Shown here: piece by piece, positions 28,280-37,589 of the stretch
How the letters are laid out: the number at the start of each line of letters is the position of its first letter
Numbering within the stretch: the stretch's first letter is position 1
Virus record (IMG/VR): IMGVR_UViG_3300021519_001244
Coordinates: 1,749-65,748 of that record
Length of the DNA: 64,000 bases
From: a virus
Taxonomy: Duplodnaviria > Caudoviricetes
Direction: 5' to 3' (one strand)
Position numbers and translations under genes: made by a program
The notes under the pieces: model-generated
Seen by the model: only the letters and a program-made list of their open reading frames with translations
Database searches by the model: none
Told to the model about the DNA's origin: nothing

Positions 28280-29503
28280 ATGGAAATTGGATTTATTGGT
28301 TGTGGAAAATTAGGAATGGCATGTGCCGAAACCATGGCAAGCAAACATAATGTAACTGGATATGATATTTATCCGCGGTCTAGCGACAAGATTACAATTG
28401 CTACCCAATTAGAAGATGCTGTGTTAGGCAAAGACTTAATATTCATTGCTGTCCAAACCCCACACGATCCGGTATACGGAGGGTCGCAACCAATTACGCA
28501 TCTTCCAAATAAAGATTTTGATTATACTGTAGTAAACGATGTACTAAAGCAAGTTAATACCGTAGCAAAAGCAGACCAACTAGTAGTACTAATCTCCACA
28601 GTACTTCCCGGCACTACACGGAGAGAACTGAAGAACAACATCACCAATGCACGTTTTATTTACAACCCTTACTTAATTGCCATGGGGTCTGTTGAATGGG
28701 ACATGGTTAACCCAGAGATGGTGATCATTGGTACAGAAGATGGTAGCGAAACAGGCGATGCAAAATTGCTGACCGACTTCTATAATACATTAATGGAAAA
28801 TAATCCACGTTACGTAGTGGGCACGTGGGACGAAGCTGAGTGTATCAAGGTATTTTATAATACATTTATTTCGGCAAAAATTGGCCTGGTTAACATGATA
28901 CAAGACGTAGCAATTAAACAAGGGAACATTGATGTAGATGTAGTGACCAATGCCCTTGCACACAGTACGATGCGTATCATGGGACCTAAATATATGACAG
29001 CTGGAATGGGAGATGCAGGGCCATGTCATCCTCGTGATAACATCGCTCTGCGTTACCTTGCACAAGAATTAGATCTAGGGTATGATATATTTGACACCAT
29101 AATGCATGCCAGAGAAAAGCAGGCTAAAAATATGGCACGTTATGTTTATGACCATAGAGAAGGCTTGACCGTTTATATACACGGAAAAGCATACAAGCCC
29201 AACGTTACATATTTAGAAGGTAGCTATAGTTTACTGGTTGGGCACTATTTAAAAGAGATGGGAATTAATCCTGTCTATGTTGATCCACTAACAGAAGTAG
29301 TTAATCCTGTCTCAGTCAAAGGATGTGTATTGTTGGCACACAATCAACAGGTAACTTATGGTTACAGTGGTGTTGAAAACGAACAACCACTGTATTGCGA
29401 AATACTAGACGGTAGTATTGTAATTGATCCATGGCGAACATTTAAGACGTATAAAAATATAAAGGTTATACATTATGGCAATACCCGCACACGCAATAAT
29501 TAA
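28280..29503 (+). CDS. UDP-glucose/GDP-mannose dehydrogenase family
   Basis: GCGKLG, IAVQTP, ISTVLPGT, YNP, AECIKVFYN, GDAGPCHPRD, AYKP; AAGGAG SD before ATG 28280. Confidence 0.88.
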   Translation: MEIGFIGCGKLGMACAETMASKHNVTGYDIYPRSSDKITIATQLEDAVLGKDLIFIAVQTPHDPVYGGSQPITHLPNKDFDYTVVNDVLKQVNTVAKADQLVVLISTVLPGTTRRELKNNITNARFIYNPYLIAMGSVEWDMVNPEMVIIGTEDGSETGDAKLLTDFYNTLMENNPRYVVGTWDEAECIKVFYNTFISAKIGLVNMIQDVAIKQGNIDVDVVTNALAHSTMRIMGPKYMTAGMGDAGPCHPRDNIALRYLAQELDLGYDIFDTIMHAREKQAKNMARYVYDHREGLTVYIHGKAYKPNVTYLEGSYSLLVGHYLKEMGINPVYVDPLTEVVNPVSVKGCVLLAHNQQVTYGYSGVENEQPLYCEILDGSIVIDPWRTFKTYKNIKVIHYGNTRTRNN

Positions 29504-29999
29504 ATATCAAATTGAAAAGTTCTGGGACGATAGCTTTAAACAATTAGACTATGTTAACGAAGAATTCAATGACGCAGAAAACTTAACTAAGTGGTTGGCC
29601 TTGGGCTATCCAAATAAGTTCACCGGCGACATGTGCGATATACGTCAAACTCAGCCAAAGTGGAATCATGTGTTTATTGAGTTGTTTACTTCAATGAATT
29701 GGAAAGATATCGGTACCAGTTATTACCGCATGATGCCGGGTACTACATTACCCACGCATTATGATTTATATAAAAGATACATTGAAGTGTTTGACTTACA
29801 AGGGCAAGAACAATCAATTCGCAGAGCTATAGTATTCCTTGAAGATTGGCAACCGGGACATTATGCAGAATACGTAGATCAACCATACACTAGCTGGATT
29901 GCCGGCTCTACAGTTGAGTGGGCGTATGATGCGCCACACATGGCAGCTAATATGGGACCGACTCCTCGATATACGCTACAAATTACCGGACATGTATGA
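29475..29999 (+). CDS. 2OG-Fe(II) oxygenase-like (cupin) protein
   Basis: LPTHYD (HxD), PHMAAN, RYTLQITG. Confidence 0.7.
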   Translation: MAIPAHAIIKYQIEKFWDDSFKQLDYVNEEFNDAENLTKWLALGYPNKFTGDMCDIRQTQPKWNHVFIELFTSMNWKDIGTSYYRMMPGTTLPTHYDLYKRYIEVFDLQGQEQSIRRAIVFLEDWQPGHYAEYVDQPYTSWIAGSTVEWAYDAPHMAANMGPTPRYTLQITGHV

Positions 30000-30916
30000 T
30001 TTTAACCTTCAATGAATGGGATTCACTTAAATCTGTTGTAGTGGGACACGCTACCTATGCAAATTGGCCTACAAACGATCCTGTATTTGCCCTCGAAGGT
30101 GAAAAAACACTATGGAAAGAAACCCCAGTACCGAGCGGCCCAGTACCGCAGTGGATAGTTGAGGAAGCAACTGAAGATTTAAATGAACTGGCAGTAACCT
30201 TGAGTCGCTTGGGAGTAGCAGTTGAACGTCCAAGTCCACGCAATTTTCCAATTACGCAAGGCATGTACAATTATTGTCCGCGTGATCGTTTACTTGTTTA
30301 CGGCAGTACTATTGTGGATTGTGCTATGATGTATCCGTGCAGAGATCAAGAAATACTATGTCTTGACAAAGTACTGGTCAAAACACATGATGTTCGACGT
30401 ATGCCAAGAAATAAAGGCATGATACTAGATGCTGCAAATGTATGCAGACTGGGAAATAATTGGTTGTATCTTGAAAGTGCCAGTGGTAACAAAGCCGCAT
30501 ACGAGTGGCTCTGTGAACAATTTCCTGAAGTTAACATTGAACTATGTAATTTTTATGCAGGGGTACACATCGACAGTACTATTGTGCCGGTGCGCGAAGG
30601 ATTGGTTTTACTCAATGGCGCTCGCGTTAACGAAGATAACTGCCCACGTGTATTTGATTACTGGGAAAAAATTTATATAGAAGACGTAGTGGCACAAGAT
30701 TTTTATCAATACCCTTATGCTAGTAAATGGATAGCAATGAACATGCTTACCGTGGATCCAAATACAATTATCGTGGATAAACACCAAAATAAATTAATAA
30801 AAATACTAGAACAACAAAATTTTACAGTTATACCCTTAGAATTGCGGCATAGTCGCACATTAGGGGGAGGATTTCATTGTGTGACTCTTGATTTAGTGCG
30901 AGATGGCAATAAATAA
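29996..30916 (+). CDS. amidinotransferase (glycine/inosamine-phosphate amidinotransferase family)
   Basis: NEWDSLKSVVVG, CPRD, DAAN, HIDST, GGGFHCVTLD. Confidence 0.9.
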   Translation: MILTFNEWDSLKSVVVGHATYANWPTNDPVFALEGEKTLWKETPVPSGPVPQWIVEEATEDLNELAVTLSRLGVAVERPSPRNFPITQGMYNYCPRDRLLVYGSTIVDCAMMYPCRDQEILCLDKVLVKTHDVRRMPRNKGMILDAANVCRLGNNWLYLESASGNKAAYEWLCEQFPEVNIELCNFYAGVHIDSTIVPVREGLVLLNGARVNEDNCPRVFDYWEKIYIEDVVAQDFYQYPYASKWIAMNMLTVDPNTIIVDKHQNKLIKILEQQNFTVIPLELRHSRTLGGGFHCVTLDLVRDGNK

Positions 30917-30948
30917 CATTATGCTTTATAAAGAGAAGAATACACATA

Positions 30949-31686
30949 ATGACCGATTTTGCTAGATACACCGATGCTGTCTTATCTGCCTTAAAATTTA
31001 ACCCAAGGGCAACAGATGTTATAGCAAAGAAACAAGAAATATTAGATGGAGTTTATGCAACACATAACTTTAGTCCTTCTAGTATTTTATTTGTAGGGTT
31101 CAGTCCCACTATACTAAGTTGTAATGCTTCTGTTATCACGGTAACAGCAATTAGTCAAGAAGCACGGGATTACATAAAGTCCAAGGGAGTAAAATTTACG
31201 TATATTCCGTTAGATGACATTACTAACTATACCAAACAATTCCAAGTAGTTATTGCATTAGAAGAATTTTTTACTTTTGCTGATTCTGATGCAGACCAGC
31301 AAAATTCTGTTAAAACAATTTGTTCTGCGGCCACTGACTTTGTAATAAGTACTTTAAGAGATTACAAGAATCAAGATTTTAAAGATCGTGAGTTTAGCTT
31401 ACCGGCGTTGGTTAGAAATGGGTCGGATAGTACAATTTACGCAGAATACCATGATTGGGATTTAAAGGATCGTACACTATGGAACACAATGGTATACGAA
31501 ATTGAAAATCCAAGCGGCACATTAACTACGTATGGATTATTCCAAAGACGTACAATGTACTTTAAGCAGTTAGCAAAGTTTAGTTCGGACGCTGGGGCAG
31601 TGGGTTTCCTCGTTCATAAGAACTTGATGTATAAGAGTTTAATAAAGAAAAACTATGAACACGTAATTAGCATACAATTCGAGTAA
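30949..31686 (+). CDS. hypothetical protein, possibly degenerate SAM-dependent methyltransferase fold
   Basis: SILFVG, FQVVIAL, TLRDY pattern; weak. Confidence 0.5.
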   Translation: MTDFARYTDAVLSALKFNPRATDVIAKKQEILDGVYATHNFSPSSILFVGFSPTILSCNASVITVTAISQEARDYIKSKGVKFTYIPLDDITNYTKQFQVVIALEEFFTFADSDADQQNSVKTICSAATDFVISTLRDYKNQDFKDREFSLPALVRNGSDSTIYAEYHDWDLKDRTLWNTMVYEIENPSGTLTTYGLFQRRTMYFKQLAKFSSDAGAVGFLVHKNLMYKSLIKKNYEHVISIQFE

Positions 31687-31688
31687 AA

Positions 31689-32954
31689 ATGGATATCGAT
31701 CAACACGTAAACCAAATAGTTCAAAACATAGTAGCAGATATAACAACAAAAGTACAAGCCCAAGCCGCTGACGCAATTTCTCAGAAGATTGACGAAGTTC
31801 TTAGTACGTTAGATTATTCTACTTTACTGTCAGATAAACTAAGTCAAAAATTAGATATAAAATTATCTAGTTTACCAATTGATAAAAATACCATTGAAAC
31901 AGAGTTAACAAACAGGGTTAATAACTTGGCACGTAACCTGTCTGTGTCTGTTGAACAACAATCATTAAAGATAATCACCGATACCGTAAGTGGATATGTG
32001 AGTCAAATTGATTTTAAAGACTTATATCAAAAAACAATAGTACAGGCTGTAGCAAATGCAGAAGTCACATTCCCTGTAGCAAGTATACCACATTCGTCTA
32101 TACAGTTTGAAGGATTAACAGTATCCGGCAATCAGGTAATTGGCGGAATAATTCAACAATTTGGCAGTACCGGAATAGATGATCAATCCACTGTATGCCA
32201 ATTGACTATACGGGATGATGTAACAGTAGTTGAGAATAATTTGCTAACCAAGGACTTAACCGTTAAGGGTACCACTACAATAGAAGGTGATCTAAATGTG
32301 ACTGGTGAAATCCCGGAAACCAGTGCTATGTTTATTAAGTTTGTGAATGCCGCCACAAACAATGTGCGTACCAGCCTAGATCAAGTTGTATTTAAAAGTT
32401 ATGCAGATATGGTAATTGATACCATTAAAAAAGATGGCCTGGATCTTACTAAAATTAAGTTAAATGGCGAGGAAGTAATAAATGGTGGCAACCTAAGCAA
32501 CGCAATTACTTTTAGTAATTTACAACGGGTCGGTCAACTAAACGAACTACAGGTACGCGGTGAAACATTACTGGGCGAAACAGTTTATGTATCCGGAAAG
32601 CGTGTAGGTATTAACACCATTGAACCAACACAATCATTGAGTATTTGGGATCAAGAAATTGAAGTTGGTATCGGAAAGCAGTCAACCAATACCGCTATAA
32701 TTGGTGCACCTCGCAATCAAACATTAGTTATCAGCGCAAACAACAAAAACAACCTAACCTTATTACCAGATGGTTCTGTTTCGGTTAATCGGATAAACCT
32801 TGGTAGTGTAAGTATGTCAAGCAGTGATAAACCTCCAATGGACAATCAACCCAAAGGAACAATCATGTTTAATAGTAATCCTAGTCTTGGTGGACCAATG
32901 GGTTGGGTAAGTCTTGGCGATGCCCGTTGGGCAAATTTTGGAATCATTGACTAA
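31689..32954 (+). CDS. coiled-coil/beta-helix protein, likely virion-associated
   Basis: N-terminal coiled coil, GDLNVTG, RVGINTIEP, C-terminal KGTIMFNSNP..GGPMGWV..W..FG. Confidence 0.6.
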   Translation: MDIDQHVNQIVQNIVADITTKVQAQAADAISQKIDEVLSTLDYSTLLSDKLSQKLDIKLSSLPIDKNTIETELTNRVNNLARNLSVSVEQQSLKIITDTVSGYVSQIDFKDLYQKTIVQAVANAEVTFPVASIPHSSIQFEGLTVSGNQVIGGIIQQFGSTGIDDQSTVCQLTIRDDVTVVENNLLTKDLTVKGTTTIEGDLNVTGEIPETSAMFIKFVNAATNNVRTSLDQVVFKSYADMVIDTIKKDGLDLTKIKLNGEEVINGGNLSNAITFSNLQRVGQLNELQVRGETLLGETVYVSGKRVGINTIEPTQSLSIWDQEIEVGIGKQSTNTAIIGAPRNQTLVISANNKNNLTLLPDGSVSVNRINLGSVSMSSSDKPPMDNQPKGTIMFNSNPSLGGPMGWVSLGDARWANFGIID

Positions 32955-32975
32955 TAATTAACATACTGCTATACT
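32947..32975 (+). promoter_or_regulatory. sigma70-type promoter
   Basis: TTGACT-17 nt-TATACT, 6 nt before the uvsE ATG. Confidence 0.7.
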
Positions 32976-32981
32976 AGCGGC

Positions 32982-33998
32982 ATGATTACAACTAAAATTG
33001 GTTTCGCTTGTAAATTTTCCTCGTTGACAAACAAGGGAATCGTATCTGTTCCTGAGATGAATGTCAAAGCCACAACCTGTCGTTGGTTGCGTGAACATCC
33101 AACAGAAGCTGATCAGAGATTGTGGGATATAACTACACATAATCTTGAAGCTATCAAACAACTTGTAACTAAAGTAGGAGAGCAAGATGAGCACCTTAGA
33201 ATGGTACGGCTGGGTAGTGATATATTGCCTGTTTATACTCATAGCGACTGGAAACATTATTGGTCTCGGAAAGATGTTATACAATACTGTGAAAGGGGAT
33301 TTGGCGAAATTGGCCGTATCGCTAGGGACCGCGGTGTCCGCCTTAGTTTTCATCCTGGTCAGTTTACAGTTCTTGCCAGTGAAAATCCCGGCATAGTCGA
33401 TCGTTCAATTGAGGAGTTTGAATATCATGCAACAATGGCCGCTTGGATGGGGTTTGGCAGAAGTTTCCAGGACTTTAAAATTAACGTCCACATCTCAGGT
33501 AGACAAGGCCCTGACGGAATCCGTAAAGCATATAAACGGCTCAGTCCAGAAGCAAGGAATTGTATTACCATCGAAAACGAAGAAAACTCTTGGGGGTTAA
33601 ATGATTGTATTGAGCTTTGTGATTTGTTGCCTATTGTTCTTGACATACATCATCATTGGATTCGCGAAGGAGTATACATTGATCCAGCTGATGACACCGT
33701 TGCGCGAGTGTTGGATAGTTGGCGCGGTGTTCGCCCTACTATGCATTATAGTATCAGTAGGGAAGATTACCTAGTAGGACATGACGCCAATGTTTTACCT
33801 GATCATGCCCAATTATTGGCGCAGGGTTACAAAAAGCAGAAGCTACGTGCCCACAGTGATTTTTATTGGAATCACGCTGTAAATGATTGGGCATTGGGGT
33901 TCAATGATCAATTTGATATCATGTGCGAAAGCAAGGCCAAGAATCTCGCTAGTTTTAAATTAGCGGAAATAAGAAACAAAGGCCGGCTTAAAATATAA
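32982..33998 (+). CDS. uvsE: UV damage endonuclease UvsE/UVDE
   Basis: IGFACK, RLGSD, RLSFHPGQF, NVHISG, IENEE, VLDIHHH, MHYS, RAHSD, MCESKAK. Confidence 0.92.
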   Translation: MITTKIGFACKFSSLTNKGIVSVPEMNVKATTCRWLREHPTEADQRLWDITTHNLEAIKQLVTKVGEQDEHLRMVRLGSDILPVYTHSDWKHYWSRKDVIQYCERGFGEIGRIARDRGVRLSFHPGQFTVLASENPGIVDRSIEEFEYHATMAAWMGFGRSFQDFKINVHISGRQGPDGIRKAYKRLSPEARNCITIENEENSWGLNDCIELCDLLPIVLDIHHHWIREGVYIDPADDTVARVLDSWRGVRPTMHYSISREDYLVGHDANVLPDHAQLLAQGYKKQKLRAHSDFYWNHAVNDWALGFNDQFDIMCESKAKNLASFKLAEIRNKGRLKI

Positions 33999-35042
33999 AT
34001 CATACCAATCAGTTGTCATCATAACATTAAAGTTATGATCAACGATTGGTTTTATTTTATTTAAGATTTCTTCCTGTGGTTGGTTGCATAGATACTTAAC
34101 TTGTTCCATTGCACCCATAAATCGTGTAGTATGATCGCCAATTGTATCATACGTTTCGTCAATGACATTATCAAATGATTTGAATCCGTGTAACTTTAAA
34201 TTACGTAGATGATATTGTCCCGCTAGGATAACAAACAATCGTCGACCTATTATAGGTTTAACTGTTTTTTCAGTATAAAAACTATAGTGATTTGTCCAAT
34301 TCGTCTCGGCAATGATGCTGTATACAGTTTGGTTGTAAATGCTAAGTGGTATGATTTGACTTATGCTCATGCGATGATCATAGTAAGGGAAACGTTCCAC
34401 AGTCCATTCCACATCGCGATCAACCACAAGCCCTTCGTTCTCCCACAACCATTTATCGGCAGTTGTATTTGCCAGATTGCAGTCGCGACTTGCGTCTAAG
34501 TATGTGACAATATTCCTGTCAGCCAGATTATTTTCAACAATATAATCATATGCAAATCGTCTATGAATTTTACGTCTACCTAGCAATACGTCAAATGCTA
34601 ATTTCTTTGGCGTGTATGGTGTTAATGTATCCAACGTCTGCGGTCGTACATTACGATAAAAATGCACAGTGGTAGTAAACCAATCGTAAAATCTATGCAC
34701 TGGACTATGCACTAGAGATAAATTTAATTCCCCGCATATAAAGTATGCAATATTTTTTTGATCATTTCTTTGTAGTATTTCTACGGTGCGATCATGTAGT
34801 TCGCTTACTAGCACCAACACCGAATTGGCATTCTCTGCAAAGTATCGTAATTCCGCATCAAAGTTTGGATCAATGGGATACGGCATCTGTAAGCACACTA
34901 CTTTATTGTCGTGCTGACTAGATACAAATGTATCTTTATCATTGTAAATTTTTGTGTCTAGTAGATTACAACGGGAAAAGTGAAAGTGAAAAAGGGCATC
35001 GGTATCTGATGTAACGAATACCCCCGTGGTAACACCGGCCAT
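33960..35042 (-). CDS. conserved phage protein, putative glycosyltransferase-like (paralog of 27027..28277)
   Basis: IIAET..FYTEKTVKPI..RRLF...LK-HGFKSFD-VIDETYD. Confidence 0.55.
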   Translation of the reverse strand: MAGVTTGVFVTSDTDALFHFHFSRCNLLDTKIYNDKDTFVSSQHDNKVVCLQMPYPIDPNFDAELRYFAENANSVLVLVSELHDRTVEILQRNDQKNIAYFICGELNLSLVHSPVHRFYDWFTTTVHFYRNVRPQTLDTLTPYTPKKLAFDVLLGRRKIHRRFAYDYIVENNLADRNIVTYLDASRDCNLANTTADKWLWENEGLVVDRDVEWTVERFPYYDHRMSISQIIPLSIYNQTVYSIIAETNWTNHYSFYTEKTVKPIIGRRLFVILAGQYHLRNLKLHGFKSFDNVIDETYDTIGDHTTRFMGAMEQVKYLCNQPQEEILNKIKPIVDHNFNVMMTTDWYDLYFKPAFVSYFR

Positions 35043-35051
35043 TTGCAACTA

Positions 35052-35303
35052 TTAGGCTTTTGGTTTACGTGTAGTGGCTTTTTTAACTGTGGCTTTTGCT
35101 TTGGCAGCGCCAGCTCTAACCTTGGTAGCAACAACCTTAACTTCTTCTTCAACCTTGGCTTCGATTACTTTAACTTCAGCAATAGCTTCTTCCTTGCTAA
35201 CAACGCCATCCTGGTTTGTATCCGCTTTTTTGGCAAATGCTTTATATAACATATAACCACCAGCGACTACGACTGCAATAATAATAACTGTAGAAAAATC
35301 CAT
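35052..35303 (-). CDS. small membrane-anchored protein with EF-hand-like loop and basic tail
   Basis: N-terminal TM, DTNQDGVVSKEE, Lys/Ala-rich C-terminus. Confidence 0.7.
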   Translation of the reverse strand: MDFSTVIIIAVVVAGGYMLYKAFAKKADTNQDGVVSKEEAIAEVKVIEAKVEEEVKVVATKVRAGAAKAKATVKKATTRKPKA

Positions 35304-35415
35304 TTTAAATCTCCCATTGAATAGATATAATATTTAGTAGACTTTTTGGGTAAACAGAATATATTAATTGTTGCACCGCAAGGTAAATACTGTTATACTA
35401 GATACTTGGTATAAC

Positions 35416-35477
35416 GTAAGATGCTGAATAGTTCGGGTCTTACAATAACATTTCGCTTAATAAAGGAAAATAAAATG
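35416..35477 (+). promoter_or_regulatory. second ROSE-like 5' UTR
   Basis: Hairpin GTAAGATGCTGAA-TAG-TTCGGGTCTTAC, then TTTCGCTT-AATA-AAGGAAA with a bulged G opposite the SD. Confidence 0.55.
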
Positions 35478-35747
35478 TTTACATTAGATACAACAATCGA
35501 CGCAGTACAATCCGCAAAGAAACAGTTCGTTAAGACGTTTGTAACAAACGAAACAATCGCTAAAGCAATGAATGAATTTGTTGACGCACAAGCCGCATAC
35601 ACAAAACAAGCAACCAAAGTTGGTACAGATACATTTACCACACTAGCACAAGAATCTGTTAAGGCCGTTAAAGAAGCTTCAAAATTTGACTACACCAAGT
35701 TCGGTGAAGGCATTATGAAGGCATACACAGCCCAGGGCAAAAAGTAA
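35475..35747 (+). CDS. phasin-like amphipathic helical protein
   Basis: 90-aa Ala/Thr/Lys-rich helical protein; AAGGA SD; TGCACCGCA (PhaR-box-like) upstream. Confidence 0.5.
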   Translation: MFTLDTTIDAVQSAKKQFVKTFVTNETIAKAMNEFVDAQAAYTKQATKVGTDTFTTLAQESVKAVKEASKFDYTKFGEGIMKAYTAQGKK

Positions 35748-35771
35748 CTTTGTTGCTAAAAAACAACAAAT

Positions 35772-35797
35772 AACCCCCTGATTTTAGGGGGTTTTTT
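35772..35797 (+). terminator. intrinsic terminator
   Basis: AACCCCCT-GATTTT-AGGGGGTT-TTTT. Confidence 0.8.
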
Positions 35798-35811
35798 AAT
35801 GGCCAAAATAT

Positions 35812-35870
35812 GGTTGACCCGAAATTCGGGTTCGTGTATACTAGTTGTATTGTTAATAAAGAGGAGTTAC
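35812..35870 (+). promoter_or_regulatory. early promoter/RBS cassette, copy A1
   Basis: TTGACC-17-TATACT plus GAGGAG; 58/59 identical to 51031..51089. Confidence 0.85.
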
Positions 35871-35873
35871 TAA

Positions 35874-36248
35874 ATGGCTTATATTACTGCCCAAGAAGTT
35901 AAAGCAATCCGCGATGAACTTAAAGCACAATTTCCAAAGTTCAAATTTGGTGTGCGTAAGGGCTCGGGTAGTTTGTCCGTTGATGTAACAATTAAAAGCG
36001 GACCCACTGACTTTTCCAATGCACTGGAAAACCACGGTCAAATCAATCAGTATCACTTGCATAATTATGGTGAGCATCAAGCATTTTTTGAGCAGATCAT
36101 GCGTATAATTAAGATTGCCCCGTCCACGATCCCCAATGGACGTCGTTGGTTTGATGAGTCGGATTCAATGACTGACTATTTCCATACTGCATATTACATC
36201 CACTTGCAAGTTGGCCAGTGGGACACTCCGTATATACTGTCAAAATAA
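35874..36248 (+). CDS. LPD29-like early protein
   Basis: AIRDELKAQFPKFKFGVR..SVDV...DESDSMTDYFHTAYY pattern. Confidence 0.6.
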   Translation: MAYITAQEVKAIRDELKAQFPKFKFGVRKGSGSLSVDVTIKSGPTDFSNALENHGQINQYHLHNYGEHQAFFEQIMRIIKIAPSTIPNGRRWFDESDSMTDYFHTAYYIHLQVGQWDTPYILSK

Positions 36249-36250
36249 GT

Positions 36251-36281
36251 GGTTGACCCAAAATTCGGGTTCATGTATAAT
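36251..36281 (+). promoter_or_regulatory. early promoter, copy A2
   Basis: GGTTGACCCAAAATTCGGGTTCATGTATAAT. Confidence 0.85.
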
Positions 36282-36311
36282 GTATGTATAGTGAAAAACA
36301 AGGAGAGAAAC

Positions 36312-36587
36312 ATGTTTGTAGTTTACCATAAAGAAACCACCAAAATTGTTGGTAGCCGTGTTCACAATACGTGGAAGAGTCTAGGTGCCGCAAAAGCGCA
36401 TTTGGGCCGTATGGCTAAAATGGGTTACAATGTAGACGAATACGATATTGCTTCTTACTCGTTCTTTTCCGACAGCATTGAAAAAACTGTGGTCCGTACA
36501 AATTTGATGTCGGGCAAGGAATTTACCGAAAGTGTAAATACACCACATTATTGCAGTCCGTCTAGTGAATCATATTGGAGTATGTAA
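36312..36587 (+). CDS. hypothetical early protein
   Basis: AGGAG SD; C-terminal NTPHYCSPSSESYWSM. Confidence 0.7.
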   Translation: MFVVYHKETTKIVGSRVHNTWKSLGAAKAHLGRMAKMGYNVDEYDIASYSFFSDSIEKTVVRTNLMSGKEFTESVNTPHYCSPSSESYWSM

Positions 36588-36710
36588 ATGATTACCATAT
36601 ACAACGAGATGAAACAAGCTGGTTTGAGTAAAACCGATATGGTTATAGAAGTGGCGTGTGCGGTCATGGTGTTTGCGGTGCCATTGTTGTTTTTGTTCAT
36701 TGACCAATAA
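36588..36710 (+). CDS. small membrane peptide (40 aa)
   Basis: GGAG SD; hydrophobic C-terminal half. Confidence 0.45.
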   Translation: MITIYNEMKQAGLSKTDMVIEVACAVMVFAVPLLFLFIDQ

Positions 36711-36763
36711 ATTGTTTTGTAGTAAACTGTATTTCCGATTAACCAATAAGTAAAGAGCCATAT

Positions 36764-37087
36764 ATGAGTTTATTGTATCTTAGAGCAAGACCAATTTTAG
36801 CGTTCAACGAAAATGATCCGCTACACAGGAAATACTATTACGAATTCATGACAACAAGGTCGTGGGGTCATTGTCCAGTTCGATTTATGGCAGAGGCTCT
36901 TAACACTAGCCTTGTGTATCATATAAACGAAAGGATGTTAGCTTATTATGTCAAACAAGAATTTGCCAAACGTATCGCGAAGCCCAAACCCAAGGGTGCA
37001 TCTGGCGCTGTTCGCAAGAAACAGCCCATTCAAGCCAAAACAGGTACAGTTAAAAAATCTGTATCAAAGAAAACCAAAGCACTCTAA
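36764..37087 (+). CDS. hypothetical protein with basic tail
   Basis: TTGACC-17-TAAACT promoter upstream (36700). Confidence 0.7.
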   Translation: MSLLYLRARPILAFNENDPLHRKYYYEFMTTRSWGHCPVRFMAEALNTSLVYHINERMLAYYVKQEFAKRIAKPKPKGASGAVRKKQPIQAKTGTVKKSVSKKTKAL

Positions 37088-37110
37088 ACCCGAAAATTAT
37101 GGAGAATAAA

Positions 37111-37266
37111 ATGACTCACCAAGTTGAAGCCGTTGCCAATGAAGCAGTATTTCGTATGCAGTTTAACACCCGCGATGCCGTGCGGTATGTGCAACGTAAT
37201 GCCAGCGTGGATCAAGCAACCGCGCAAAGTGCAGTTCGACAAGTAATGGTTTTTCATAAGAAATGA
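37111..37266 (+). CDS. small hypothetical protein (51 aa)
   Basis: GGAG SD; ATGA overlap with next gene. Confidence 0.55.
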   Translation: MTHQVEAVANEAVFRMQFNTRDAVRYVQRNASVDQATAQSAVRQVMVFHKK

Positions 37267-37589
37267 AATTGTTAACAGCGTCGCTGATGGTTATAAGTTT
37301 AGTTGGGTGTGCAACCAGCAACCAGCCCAGCGGCCCTGTTAACCATCCTCGAGTTCGGGCAATTAGTTATGCTCAGTTAACTGAATTTTCTAATAATATG
37401 AGCAATAAAAATTGTCCCAGAATAGATGAAACTATTAATTTTTTAGAATCCCAATTGGAGGCCAAGGGTTTACTGTATGCCACACCGGAACAGTTAAACG
37501 ATGAAGATCGTAAGTATAATGCCACAGCCAGGCTAACCATATGGGGCTTACGTATTGGGTGCAACAATCCCAATAGGTATAGATCATGA
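37263..37589 (+). CDS. putative lipoprotein
   Basis: Lipobox LVGC. Confidence 0.7.
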   Translation: MKLLTASLMVISLVGCATSNQPSGPVNHPRVRAISYAQLTEFSNNMSNKNCPRIDETINFLESQLEAKGLLYATPEQLNDEDRKYNATARLTIWGLRIGCNNPNRYRS

